A stretch of DNA of 64,000 bases. It comes from Octopus bimaculoides. Its lineage: Eukaryota. Position 1 is the first letter of the stretch. Each line of letters starts with the position of its first letter. A model generated the notes under the pieces. The model was given only the letters and a program-made list of their open reading frames with translations. It did not search any database and was not told the DNA's origin. Of the stretch, positions 22,950 to 36,719 are shown piece by piece. The stretch lies in NCBI RefSeq assembly GCF_001194135.2, contig NC_068984.1, positions 71,503,946 to 71,567,945 of the forward strand, written 5' to 3'. Made by a program: the position numbers and the translations under genes.

Positions 22950-25900
22950 ATAATATTAGGGACAAAATCCAAAATTACAGGCAAAAAACTCAATTAAAAT
23001 CAATTTATAAAAAATTAAAATTAAATTGAGCCTTATAGATAAAGTATATNNNNNNNNNNNNNNNNNNNNNNNNNNNNNNNNNNNNNNNNNNNNNNNNNNN
23101 NNNNNNNNNNNNNNNNNNNNNNNNNNNNNNNNNNNNNNNNNNNNNNNNNNNNNNNNNNNNNNNNNNNNNNNNNNNNNNNNNNNNNNNNNNNNNNNNNNNN
23201 NNNNNNNNNNNNNNNNNNNNNNNNNNNNNNNNNNNNNNNNNNNNNNNNNNNNNNNNNNNNNNNNNNNNNNNNNNNNNNNNNNNNNNNNNNNNNNNNNNNN
23301 NNNNNNNNNNNNNNNNNNNNNNNNNNNNNNNNNNNNNNNNNNNNNNNNNNNNNNNNNNNNNNNNNNNNNNNNNNNNNNNNNNNNNNNNNNNNNNNNNNNN
23401 NNNNNNNNNNNNNNNNNNNNNNNNNNNNNNNNNNNNNNNNNNNNNNNNNNNNNNNNNNNNNNNNNNNNNNNNNNNNNNNNNNNNNNNNNNNNNNNNNNNN
23501 NNNNNNNNNNNNNNNNNNNNNNNNNNNATATATATATATATATATATATAAAGGGGGAGCTGCGCGTGTGCGCATTTGTGTGTGTCTGCATATAGTTATT
23601 GTCGTTATGTCTTTGTGTATGATAGTACTGCTCCGTATGGTGTATTTCATGTGCTGCACAATGAGGATAATTTGTAACACAGCTCTACAAATCTTTACAT
23701 ATTCACCATAAGAACTTTAAAAATCCTATTAGTGGGACATACATTATTCATAGCATTACTTCTATTGGTAATTCAAATCATCTCTTGTTGTTAAGGATTC
23801 ATCTGACTTTATAATAAAAATAGCATCCATTTTCAACTACATAAATATAGAACTTCATTAAACTGAAGAACAAATTCACAAGTGTATGTGTGTATGTACC
23901 TGTGGGTAGCTATAAATGCGTGCATGTTAAGGATGCAAACAGCGTTAGTTTACAAGTATTTCACAGGAAGCTATACCGAAACCAAATAAAGAAACTCTGC
24001 GCGAAAACTCATTTGCTATTTTAGTAGCAACATCTGCGCTCTTTATCACAAAAACAGCAAGGCAAAAACTTGATTGGGTTTGGTTAATAGAGCTGAGTTC
24101 AAGGTAACTGAACGAGTGAACGTCAAATTCATTCTTAACCGCCATACAACCTTTTTCTTCAAAGCTACTAGACATTTTAAAGATCACCTGTCCACTCCGG
24201 GCAAAATGTTTCAGAGGGATGGGTTTCCTATTTCTGATAATGCCTGTTTGAAATTCATTTATTTGTGAGAGATGCTTAGTCATTAGACGAGTTCATGTAA
24301 AGCGTCGCGGCAATTAGTTGAAGTAGATGTAGAAATCTCTCCTACAATTCAGCTCATCACACACTCAACAAAACTATTTATGAATCATACATATCTACTT
24401 TGATTCATGTAGTACTCATTGAATTTCCTGAACACCTTTCATATAAATCTAAGAAGTAGTTTCTCTAGTACATTCGCACTATCACGAGTTTCGAACTAAC
24501 ACTTGTTGATTGGAGTCAAATTACGCTTTTGAGGACAAACCAATTCATTTTTGACGGTTGTACTCATCCTTTCCCGCTTAAAGTAATCGCTGCAGCTGTC
24601 TTTGAACTCCGGGGCAGCAAAGAACGACGCTTATATGTTTGTAACTGGTACCTGATTGAATAATGAATTCTGTCTCCGTGGAGCCGATGATTTTGATCTC
24701 TGTAAAACCTAAGTTCTCAGTGTCAATTGATTTTCACAGTTCTTTTATCGAAATATGATCTATCTGGTTCGATGCAATTTGTCCTTCTCAACATGCGGAG
24801 ATCGAAGAACAAAAATTAACAATTGTCAGGAACTTGGAAACGCCTAGCCGTTTTGTGAAGTCTTTGTACAACTTCAACCCGTTTTTTTCCACACAGTCAA
24901 AGCGACACATAAGACACCATTCCAAGCTATAGGTAAAATTAAAATGTGGACATTCCTACTCAGTGTGCTTGCGCTTAAATTAAGCTACCCTGGGCGCAAC
25001 TGTTTAAGACGTTCACGACTACGAGATTGACAGATATAGTCTTCACTGAAATGTTGGTCGCGAGCAATATCACCAGCATGCCTACTGGATCTAGAAAGAT
25101 TCTTCGTATCCTAAGATGCAGACTTTTCCGAAAGGACACATTGAATTTGCAACATGATCACAATCAACTTGCATATGCATAGACCATATAGTCGTTGAAA
25201 ATAGGTATCGAGACAGGTTTGTGAAGTCTATGGTACCTGAGATGGTGGTATTTGTCATGCTGAGGTCGTTGACACTGTTGTTGAGGTTGTTCTTGTCAGT
25301 TTGATGGTGTTTGTCTTTTATTGTTTAAAGATATATCACGTTCCTCCAGTGCTTTCACCACCTTTGCTGACGTATGTTGTTCTTTATCCCTATTGTGTGG
25401 AATTTTAGATACTTATCCGTCAGTTACGTTAGCTATATTACGTTCATTTGCTTTGAAAAGGATGGGGGTGGGCATTTTGTGCTTCGGCTGTTAATTTTGG
25501 CGTTGATTTATAATGTTCTGCTACTGTTATTTACACGCATGCAGATGATGTTCTAGCGCTTGTGGAGGTGCATCTTTGTCATGAGCGTTGATGTTTGTTT
25601 TAGCGTTACTGTCATTGTTATTATGGCTATAGCTACTGCTACTGTCTTTGCTGCTGTCACTTCCACCACTTTTGCTGCAACGGCAACCGCTTTAGTCATT
25701 ATAACAACAAGTGTATTAGTAACAGATGATCCCCTTCAGTGATACTAGAAGGGAGCAATAACGTAGCAACCAACAACAAAGGTGAGGGAAGCATCTTCAA
25801 GAGGGCACACCAATAAATTTGCATATTTGCTGACATTTTAAAACTATTCGATTAAGCGTCGTTGGACAAAAACGTGAATTCATTGGCCTCGTTGAGGAAC

Positions 25901-27127
25901 ACATCAATAGATACTAGAAAAAGTTTATACTGAAGGAAACATCATTTCCTTGCGGACGCGGTCGTAACAAAACTGACAACAGGCAAATATCCAACACTAA
26001 TTGGAACAGCAGTTGCTCCGCTGCTGTGGCTGTTAACTTTGATGTTCCTGCTTTTCTTTATCCATTATGTAAATTAAATGGTTCCTTTGCTATTACTATA
26101 TTTTGGTGCTACAGTTTTTCAGGCAGTGAGAAATTAATTTGGCGACGGCCGCGTTGCATCTCTACTAAAAGCTACTATGTTGAAAATATATTTACTATGG
26201 TTCTGGTAGATGGTGTTGCTCTTACTTCTGTTAACGCTGCTTTATTTTATTATTGCTGTTGTCGCTATTGATTTTGGTGTTAATGTGCATGTTTTTTTTT
26301 CTGTTGCTCTTGAGTGAGTAGTATCGAAACACAAATTTCACCATAGAATTTCCTGCCACCTCGTTCTCTTGCTAGCTGGCCATCGAAAGCAACAGGCTTG
26401 AAGGCATCATCACAACGTATATTTGAAAACAAATATTTGTTTACTTTTGGAAGCCTTGTCCAGTGCGTCAATTTACAAAACAATCAAGTTAGTTCCCTAT
26501 TATCTTGGCTGATTAGCAACAAGATAAAGCATTAAAACTACTAGATCGAATCTTCTAGAGACCTACATTTGTATGTTTAGAAAGTCTCTAACACGTCTTC
26601 ATTTATCGTGATGAAAACAACGAAGACCACATCAATAATTGCACTAGTGATGTATTTGCTCTTCAAGTGTTTTATATTTTCAAATAACTTTATGAAAATT
26701 ATATAAAATATTTACTAAGAGATAGACGGTACAAATGTAAGGAGAGATAGGATTTCACTCATAAAACTGCTTTACCCATCGCATATTTTTTAACTTAAAA
26801 GTTACTACATTTTCACACTCACTCACAGAAGGAAAAGAATTCATATTTTCGCGTTAATTGATTCATGAAATATTTAACATAGGTATTAAATACGTTCCTA
26901 CGAACCCTTCTGTTTATCATAGTTTTTCATGTATATCTGATTCCTTGGATATACATACGTACATTCACATACATACAAAGATATGTACATACATGCGTGT
27001 ATACACATAAATAAGTACATACATATATACATGAATACATAGATACACGTTTTATTCAGAATATGAGGATATCTGAGTAATTCACTGTATGGATTAATGT
27101 AAATATGCGGATCTTTAGTTACCTACG

Positions 27128-27159
<32 letters not shown>

Positions 27160-28458
27160 AACTAATGCAGACACAATAACTTTATACGCATCCATCTCTC
27201 CAAGACAAATAATATACAGAGCGCATGCGCATACACTGCTTACCCAGACGTATTTGGATGATATTCATTTTGTAATTATTTTTTATTTCTTTCTTCGTAA
27301 ACATTCCTATAAGCCATAACGTCAACAGTGAAAATAAGAAAATGTCTATAAAATCATTTTCTTTTAATAATATTCATATCAAAGGCTATATTTCTATATT
27401 ATATGCACCTACTCACAGACATAAACACAAACTACACATTGATCATTTTTGCATACGTATGTATGCATATTTAGGTGTATGTGAGTGTGTGTATAGAGCA
27501 TGCGCATATATGCAATTTTTATATATGTAGATAAATATTAGTACACGGTTATGTGTAATACATATAAATATGCATATATATATATAGATACACATATTTA
27601 TATTTACATACATATGCATGTATGTATCGGCACATAGGCATCGATATATACTAATATACACACGCATATATATTTACATCTACATATATGTGCGTTTTTC
27701 TGTGTGTGTGCATAAATATAATTGTGTATATATAAATGAATGTATTATTGTGTGTGAGCGTTTGTGTGCAGTCGAGAGTTATTGTAAAGTGCACATGTAT
27801 AGAAAACCGTTATACATTTTCCTGTAAGAAAAAAAAATCCCTATCATTACACTGAAATCTATAGAGCTGCCGAAATTTTGTATCTTTTCATGAAACTACT
27901 GAAAACCGTTATGCCATATATTTAGTTCAGAGGTAGATTGTTAGAGTATAGTCATTATATTATTTCCTTTCTTTGGCTTTCACCTCTCAGTTGTTTATTT
28001 CCTTTGTTGCTTGTTAACAACCGAAATAGGATTTGGGATGCTAAAAAGGTTAGTAAGCAGTGAGATGGAAGGTAGGCGTCACTTATGAAAATTCGTGCAT
28101 AGTATTTTGTGCTGGGAATATATTAATGCCTTTTGTAATTCTGCCACAATATGTCTGTCTGTCTTACAGATAGTCGCGGATTTATAAATATGACATTCTC
28201 TGCAAGTTATTCTAATACTTTGTGTATTGTACTTATTAGATACGAAACAAAATTGTATTTGGTATGCATTATAAAGGAGAATATGTTGTAAATGTGTGCT
28301 TCCAGCGATAACTTTTATTCTCCCTCTACTCTGATCACACATATTCTGATTCGAAAAATCAAAGTGGAATCACAATATATACCATTTCTCTTGCATGGAA
28401 GGAAGATTCAACAATTCTTGTATACACACCTACACACACACTAATTATAATAAAACTT

Positions 28459-28578
28459 TGCACAAGGCCAGCAAGTTCGTTGAAATGGGTCTAGTTGATT
28501 AGACTGACCCCAGTGTTCAATTCGAACTTAAATGTTTTCGTTCCCATTCAAATGAAAGGCAAAGTCGCCCTCAGTGTC
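28459..28578 (-). mobile_element. Family A SINE fragment
   Basis: GACCCCAGTG..GAAAGGCAAAGTCGCCCTCAG is the reverse complement of the family A body. Confidence 0.5.
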
Positions 28579-28994
28579 CGTCGTCACCAAAATGATATTT
28601 ACTAGGTTGAAACATGCGACGCCTGAAGGAGTAGTGCTATATTTGAATGTGTGTCTCGGTGTGTTTCATGAAGTTGTGAAAAGATGGAGTGTAATAGAGA
28701 AGGTGTAATGTTGTGTGGAGAGTTTAAGTCATTTTTATACGGATGCGTTGTTGCTGTTGCTTTTTTAAAAACTTTATTGTTTCTATTTTTGCTGATTCTT
28801 GAGCTACTGATATTGTTTTTGTTCTCTTCACTGTTAGTATTACTGCTGTGCACTATGCTACCATTGTGGCAGCGGCGTCAGCAGCAGCGGGTACCTCCAC
28901 TCTCTTACTTTGTTTTGAGGAAAGAAAGCGTTGATACTGCTGCCTTCGGCATCACAAATTTTTACATTTTGGCTTTGTACTCACAATCACAACA

Positions 28995-29270
28995 TGCATA
29001 TTCCCTTACTTGGACAAATGGATTAAGTTTGGGCTCTTTTCCATCTCCACCATTATGATCTCCATGAGATTTCCCACTGAGTTCCACGTGCGCAACTCCA
29101 TCACAGTTCGTTTTACATCTAAGTCTGTATCATTTCCATTTCACGTGACGAAAGATACCAGCCATCAGATGACCAACACATGTAAAGCAGTCTTTATCTT
29201 GACACGAACGATCCTTGTTCCTAAATATGTTGGATACAAGGCGAGCTTTCTGTCTCGTATGAGTGAATGA
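28995..29270 (-). mobile_element. Third fragment of the ORF1 family
   Basis: Minus-strand translation HSLIRDRKLALYPTYLGTRIVRVKIKTALHVLVI*WLVSFV matches the LLPTY.G.R..RVRI...W core of the other two copies. Confidence 0.55.
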
Positions 29271-29799
29271 TTTGAAAAGGTATTCCGTCAGAGAAAAATA
29301 TGAAAATGTATTTTCACTTGAAGATTAGAATATTGAACAATTCATTCTCGTGATTTACAATATTTTGATGGAAATTCATATCTGAAATTCATTCTCACAG
29401 TGTACTAATTACGAGAGGGCAGTAGGATATATAATTAAAATCTGTAAATGGTATTTTGGAAACTTTTGCTTATTGAGAGAATATTCCAAACATTTATATA
29501 TAAATGATTGCAGGCTGAGCGAAATGTTCTGAATAAAATACTATTTGAGTACTGTGCGTAGATGTAATTGACTTACTCCGTCTCTCGAAATTGTGACCTT
29601 TGACCTTCTTATTAAAATCAATATCAATAACCTATCAAAAAGAACAAGAATTTAAAGTTAAACTTTGAAGCAATTTGAAAACTGAAATTAAATCTAGGAA
29701 AAAAAGACATTCAAATGAAATCTAATTGGAATATGACAACACAAAGCTCATATTCACTTAATGATATTCAATGAGAATTTACAAAAAAAAAAAGAAGAA

Positions 29800-29990
29800 A
29801 AAAAAGACGACGACTGGTGTGTAAACAAGAAAGAGATGTATTAGTTTAACGGTCGGGAAGTGAGAAACTGTTTTACGTTTCGAGCCTACGCTCTTCGACA
29901 AAAAGGAACACAGAAATAAACAGGGAGAGAAAATAGAGACTGGTTTAGTGGCTAGCGATCTATCATGGCGAATAATATTTAACATAGGTT
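29800..29990 (-). mobile_element. Penelope-associated non-autonomous repeat with a degenerate minimal hammerhead motif
   Basis: Minus strand TTTTGTCGA-A-GAG-CGTAGG-CTC-GAAACGTA; same architecture as 58961-58997. Confidence 0.5.
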
Positions 29991-31334
29991 GTAGCCTATA
30001 TGTTAATTCAATAGATAGCAGTGACTAATTTAAAATCTATTCCCGTCAGGCATCAATAATTTCTTGATTTATTCGCGGAAATGTAACGTGAAAGACAACT
30101 TCAGTTTTTGGATTTTGGAATTCAAGTAAGAATCGAACTTTTTGGGCACGATACATTTCATACAATGATCTACGTTGGGGATAACATTACGATATTATTA
30201 GTGTTGATTATATTTATTTAATGTAACAGAATAAGGTTTCGCATTGTCCGATATGGTTATTCAGTATAACATCGATATGTGGGAATGCAGTCTTAATTGT
30301 CCGACGAGAGATGTCCTAAAAATGTAACTGAGTGATAGCAATGTCACTCGAACGTGGAATTTAAAGGTCCCTATCAAAATACAGTACATTATTTTCTTCA
30401 TGTCTTTACATAATTTATAATATCGCATGATAGTTTTGTTTAGCAAAGTAATACATTTGCTACTCCAGACGGTGAGTCAGCTCTTAGGAATAATAAATTA
30501 AAATATTTATTTTCCTAACGATCAGTTTTTCACCATCAAATAAAACATATCTGCTATCCACTCTTCTTAGAATGTTCTCCTGTTGTTATCAATATATCTT
30601 GCACTATATTATATTTCATAAAAAAATATGACTCTATATACACACATATACACACACACATATACACACACATGCACACATAATATATATATACATATAA
30701 ACATTCGTCTATTAATGTTATCAGAAACTATACTAGTCTGTGTACTGATATGAATTTTCATACAACTCTTTATTTCGTTCGTTGAATATTGGGCTTTGCA
30801 ATATTGTATAATTTTTGAAGCATTACTTTCCTTGTTTTCTCTTCTTTCACTGAAATAAAAAGCATTTTACTTTATGCATCTTCAAAAAAATATTTTATTT
30901 ATGAAATGTCAAGAAGAGTTATTCCAAGTAGTATTATGCGTGGGAATATATTATGTTTTATATACATACATATCGTGCTTACGTTCTGGCATTATTACAA
31001 AAGATACGAAGAGCTATTAAGAATTTTTTATGAGTAAAACAAACGAACTATATTTATTAAAGGATATTTACGTTGATTATAATTTTAAATATCATTAATA
31101 TTGAATTTCTTTTTCATGCAAATCAGTGTTTATAGAGCATTGCTAATTGTATAATACAGTGCCGTATAATATCTAATTACCACTTCACATCTTTCGATTT
31201 AAAATCTTGCCAGTATTAAATTTTGTGTTACAATGCATAAGAAAAACGTATGTTTGTGTTAAAAGTCCAACATAATAAAAGTGCCGAATTCTGTGACAAA
31301 ACTCAACATAATTTCTGTACTCTTACTTTCTTTA

Positions 31335-31640
31335 ATCTCTTTTACCTGTTTCAGTCATTTGATTGCAGCCATGCTGGAGCACCGCCTTTAGTCGAGCAAA
31401 TCGACCCCGGGACTTATTCTTTGTAAGCCTAATACTTATTATATCGGTCTCTTTTGCCGAACCGCTAAGGTTACGGGGTCGTAAACAGACCAACATCGGT
31501 TATCAAGCGATGTTGGGGAACAAACACACACACACACAAACATATACACGCACACACATATGTATATATATATATATATATATATATGACAGGATTCTTT
31601 CAGTTTCCATATACCAAATCTACTCACAATGTTTTGGTCC
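31335..31640 (-). mobile_element. SINE family C, 3' half with internal microsatellite
   Basis: CAGTCATTTGATTGCAGCCATGCTGGAGCACCGCCTTTAGTCGAGCAAATCGACCCC..GAACCGCTAAG; close to 45663-45890. Confidence 0.85.
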
Positions 31641-32348
31641 NNNNNNNNNNNNNNNNNNNNNNNNNNNNNNNNNNNNNNNNNNNNNNNNNNNNNNNNNNNN
31701 NNNNNNNNNNNNNNNNNNNNNNNNNNNNNNNNNNNNNNNNNNNNNNNNNNNNNNNNNNNNNNNNNNNNNNNNNNNNNNNNNNNNNNNNNNNNNNNNNNNN
31801 NNNNNNNNNNNNNNNNNNNNNNNNNNNNNNNNNNNNNNNNNNNNNNNNNNNNNNNNNNNNNNNNNNNNNNNNNNNNNNNNNNNNNNNNNNNNNNNNNNNN
31901 NNNNNNNNNNNNNNNNNNNNNNNNNNNNNNNNNNNNNNNNNNNNNNNNNNNNNNNNNNNNNNNNNNNNNNNNNNNNNNNNNNNNNNNNNNNNNNNNNNNN
32001 NNNNNNNNNNNNNNNNNNNNNNNNNNNNNNNNNNNNNNNNNNNNNNNNNNNNNNNNNNNNNNNNNNNNNNNNNNNNNNNNNNNNNNNNNNNNNNNNNNNN
32101 NNNNNNNNNNNNNNNNNNNNNNNNNNNNNNNNNNNNNNNNNNNNNNNNNNNNNNNNNNNNNNNNNNNNNNNNNNNNNNNNNNNNNNNNNNNNNNNNNNNN
32201 NNNNNNNNNNNNNNNNNNNNNNNNNNNNNNNNNNNNNNNNNNNNNNNNNNNNNNNNNNNNNNNNNNNNNNNNNNNNNNNNNNNNNNNNNNNNNNNNNNNN
32301 NNNNNNNNNNNNNNNNNNNNNNNNNNNNNNNNNNNNNNNNNNNNNNNN

Positions 32349-32377
<29 letters not shown>

Positions 32378-32381
<4 letters not shown>

Positions 32382-32568
32382 AGAAAACGGATATAATAAC
32401 AATGGGGAACTCGTTCTTTTCGCTGGTATGTCTTTAATTGAATAGATAACAAAGTAAGAAGAAGCAGAAGTTAGGGTAGCATCCCTACGTCTTTGTTATT
32501 TATTTAATTAAAGACATTCGAGCGAAAACCACGAGTTTCCCATTGTTATTATATCCATTTTCTTCTCC
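32378..32568. mobile_element. Fold-back MITE, about 190 bp
   Basis: GAGAAGAAAACGGATATAATAACAATGGGGAACTCG..ATGTCTTTAATT is mirrored by AATTAAAGACATT..CGAGTTTCCCATTGTTATTATATCCATTTTCTTCTC; central hairpin TAGGG-TAGCAT-CCCTA. Confidence 0.75.
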
Positions 32569-33204
32569 TATATAGCCTTAACTCCCGTTTACCAACCAAA
32601 CTACCTGCAATTGTACAACCGTACAAACGACTGTACCTACCCAGCCAATAGCCATGAGCGACTCTGGATTTAATTATCCATTAGAGGTATTAAACCCATC
32701 TAACTGATACCTACATTATATATATCAGTAGCGCTAGTATGAGGTGTGAATGGAAAACATTTCGAAATAGGATATTGGCTTTCTATGTTAGCAAAGTAAT
32801 AAATAAAACATAAAAAAATAATTATTGAATAAAAAAAAAAGCAAACAGTACATACGCACACGCACACATGGAAACATACGCATACATACACACACATATA
32901 CTACAGAGATGTCAAATTTCCAGATTAAAACATTGCAAGAGCATTAAACAGAACCTTGTGACAAAAGAAATGGCATGTCTGATTGTATCTGTTTAGCATT
33001 TGTATACATCAAAGCTGTTGATATCAAAAGGGAATAATCTATAACGCACTAGATATTGTGGAAATAAAAAAAATAGTTAACGCATTATCCTATAGGGAGA
33101 AAATATTGACGGTTTTAATGTAGTTCTGTGATAGTGCTTGGTAGCTAGTTTTGATGGCGAGTGGAGTCGTATTATGAATGGGAATGATAAGGAAACAGTG
33201 CTGA

Positions 33205-33254
<50 letters not shown>

Positions 33255-33367
33255 ATAAGTAATGGATTTATTATTATTGTTGTTGTTGCTGTTTCTGTTG
33301 AGATTGCTGTTCTTGTTCTTTTCGTCATCACCCTCATGATCATCATTTTGTGGTTGATGGTCTTCTT

Positions 33368-33398
<31 letters not shown>

Positions 33399-33502
33399 TT
33401 CTTCTTCTTCTTCTTCTTCTTCTTCTTCTTCTTCTTCTTCTTCTTCTTCATTATTATTATTATTATTATTATCATTATTATCAATATTATTATTATTACT
33501 AC

Positions 33503-33556
<54 letters not shown>
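33205..33556. repeat. Compound trinucleotide microsatellite (GTA)n/(GTT)n/(CTT)n/(ATT)n
   Basis: Directly visible; it produces the poly-V/F/I and poly-K/T ORFs in the track. Confidence 0.97.
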
Positions 33557-33557
<1 letters not shown>

Positions 33558-33959
33558 ATATCATTGGATTGGCACAGTCATAAGAGCTTTGGACTATATG
33601 TATTGCTATATATCTTCTGCTTCTTTACGACTTCAGTGCACTTCTTCCCGTGGACAGTGGACAACTTTGCCTTTCTTCCATCTGTTGCCGATAAAATAAA
33701 CTGTGTCATGTACTGGATTTCACGTTATCGACCACTCCTTGTTTCAAAATTGCCGATCATATTCCTAAATAAGGATGCTCTATTGTTGTTCTCATTGTGT
33801 TTTTATTGGTATATATGTTTTGAAGTTACCAGTGGCAAGATGAGTTTACATATTTCTCCGAGAGCTTTTGATTTTCCATATGTTTAACGATATTTTGTTT
33901 CGGAAAAATTTCAGAAATAATTTGTATATAGTTTGGACATCTACTCTCCACCGATGGAT

Positions 33960-34013
<54 letters not shown>

Positions 34014-36020
34014 CTATGTGTGTGAGTGTTTCTGCGTATACATACATTATGTATAAAAATAGTGAAAATATGCTGATATAACACAATGACCGATGTCACG
34101 AAACTCTTTTATAAAATTCAAGATTATATTAAATAACTTAAAATGCTTCTTCAAAATTAGCTAAATTTGTAGATAATGTAAAAGTAGTGTGTGGTGGAAA
34201 CTGCGGAAAACTCCGTATGAAAAGGTAGGGAATCGCTTGAATATACGTTGTTGTTACAAATCGCTGTGGCACTAGCTTAGTTCATGAACAGTCCTCTGTG
34301 ATGGCATCTCTCGTAGGCCGAGAACGGCATCAGTGTTGTTAAAAAGACATTGTGGAAACTGGCGTCGTTCATGAACAGGCCGCCATGATAGTAGTCTCTC
34401 GTAGTCCAAGCCAGATATCTCTGCAATTTCTTGCTGAACAACCTTCATAAATGATCCGCTTATAATGATCAGATGTATGTTCTGTACATTAGCTAACTCA
34501 CTCAATCAATTTGACTAACCCTAAACAGATTACGGTGCTCATCACAGCAGTTTGTCGCGGATCAACATGAGATAAAGGGCTTTGATTAAGAACACAACTC
34601 ACCATACATTGCACTGTGTTGTTCAGTAAATATAATTATCAATTTATCTACCTATCTATTTACTCTTATATATATATATTTATATATACATATAATAAAA
34701 ACGAAAATGACTTCCGATGGTAAATTTTAGATTTTGTTAATGTATTGTGACATACTTTCCTGTATTTTCACAGCTATAGGATATTGTTAAATATAATTTA
34801 TGATATCGATTATGAATATTGAGTATGCCCCCATTACATGTGTATGCTTCCTTAGGCATTTACACTATTTTGTATCTTTTTGTTTTGTTTTTGCTAGTCC
34901 GATGTTGACATTTAGAGACAGTTAACATTTTACGCCAATTACGAAGTTCCGTTTAATTTTTTGGCGTTGTTTGTGAATCGTGTAAACTTATCAAAGAAAG
35001 AGTGAGAGAGAAAGACAAAGGAGAAAAAGAGAAAGTAAATACATTCGATGTTACTTGTGGTTAATCACATCAAGCCAAAGAAAACAAAAACGAAGCAACA
35101 CGTAGAAAAGACATTAGATTTGAAGAAGAAAATCAGAACCCCTCCCACCCCGTATGTCTTTGTCCAGTGACAAAACAGAGATGTAAGCAATAAAACAAAA
35201 TTTTATTTTGACATTATCTGTTTCAGAATAATATACGATGACACCAAACAGGATAAAGTTAACAGCGGTTTTATTATATTGTTGTGTCTGCTTATGTGCT
35301 GATACACACTAGCTTCTTAAAGTATTGTTCTGTCTATACGCAATTCTTGTATCGCATTTATCGATAGTCCCTGTCTGTGTTGTACTTACCAATTTATCAC
35401 TTTTATTTTTTGCGCAAAATATATTTCAGTGATGTGATATATTAGACTTACTTTAGTATGCATATAAGACAGACAGGTATCCCTGATAATTACAATCATG
35501 GCTTTGCTAAGTCCCTGAAAGAACCCCAACACCTGCTATCGCAGGGGGCCTTCGCGGTTGCGGAGCCCCGTGTTAAGATCAAGCTACATAGATGAGCTAT
35601 CTATTTAATTTGGTTAAGATGTTAACTAAAAATTCCAAGTCAGATAAGGAAAAAAAGTATGAGGGTGTACCGTAAATAACTTTAAAAGAAACGAATGAAG
35701 TAAATGAAAAAATCTTGGAAGTTAAAAGAAAAACGAAAGAAATCCCAAACAATGAAAATAAGAACAACTTCAAGAGAAATGATAAGAAAAAGAAGCAATG
35801 GTGATGAAAGGTGGGGGTTGTGTACTCATACATGCATACGTACACACACATATATAAGTGTACACATATACACACTCATATATATATGTTTCGGTCTAAC
35901 AAGTCCATTCACAAGGCTTTGGCCAACTCAGAGATAGAGAGAGAGAGATAGACCTGTACCAAACACACACGTCTCTTAGATTCTCTGTCTCTCTTCCTTT
36001 TCTTTATTCATTTCTCTTCC

Positions 36021-36057
<37 letters not shown>

Positions 36058-36719
36058 NNNNNNNNNNNNNNNNNNNNNNNNNNNNNNNNNNNNNNNNNNN
36101 NNNNNNNNNNNNNNNNNNNNNNNNNNNNNNNNNNNNNNNNNNNNNNNNNNNNNNNNNNNNNNNNNNNNNNNNNNNNNNNNNNNNNNNNNNNNNNNNNNNN
36201 TATATATGATGTTGTTATTTGACGTTGTTGAAAAGCTGGTCACTTTGTACCAAAAACAGTGGCCTTTGACTTACTAAGGCAATAAAAACTAGAGACAAAT
36301 TTCTTTCTGTACCAAAAGCAAGGCGTGGGCGTGTGAATGCACACGCGCGCACACACACACACAGAAGTTTGTGTGTGTGTATGTATGTACATCTGCGTAC
36401 AGAGGGGTAGCAAAAAGACGTACGGTTATTTTTTGATGTGTTGTGTTTTAGAATCATCACAGCAGAGTCTGCGGTGATGATTCTAAAATACAACATGCTG
36501 TAAGGGACTATGTTAGATTTTTGTAGATGATAAAGGTATGTAGATTATGAATTTTGATTGAAGCGGTGGGGCCTCCAAAGAAAATGTTGCAGAGAGCCCC
36601 TAAAAGACATGCGATGACCCTGATTACAATCCACGATGTATATATGCGTTGCAACGACATTATTCCATATTATAGATTTTCTTTGTTTGCTCATGTTCCC
36701 AAACCCATCCAAAGGATTT

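Noticed and set aside
33077-33887. 249-aa and 135-aa ORFs with poly-V/F/I/K/T
   Set aside because: Translations of compound trinucleotide microsatellites.
36527-36535. Possible 9-nt microexon (TTGTAG|ATGATAAAG|GTATGT)
   Set aside because: Short pyrimidine tract; expected by chance in 64 kb without RNA evidence.
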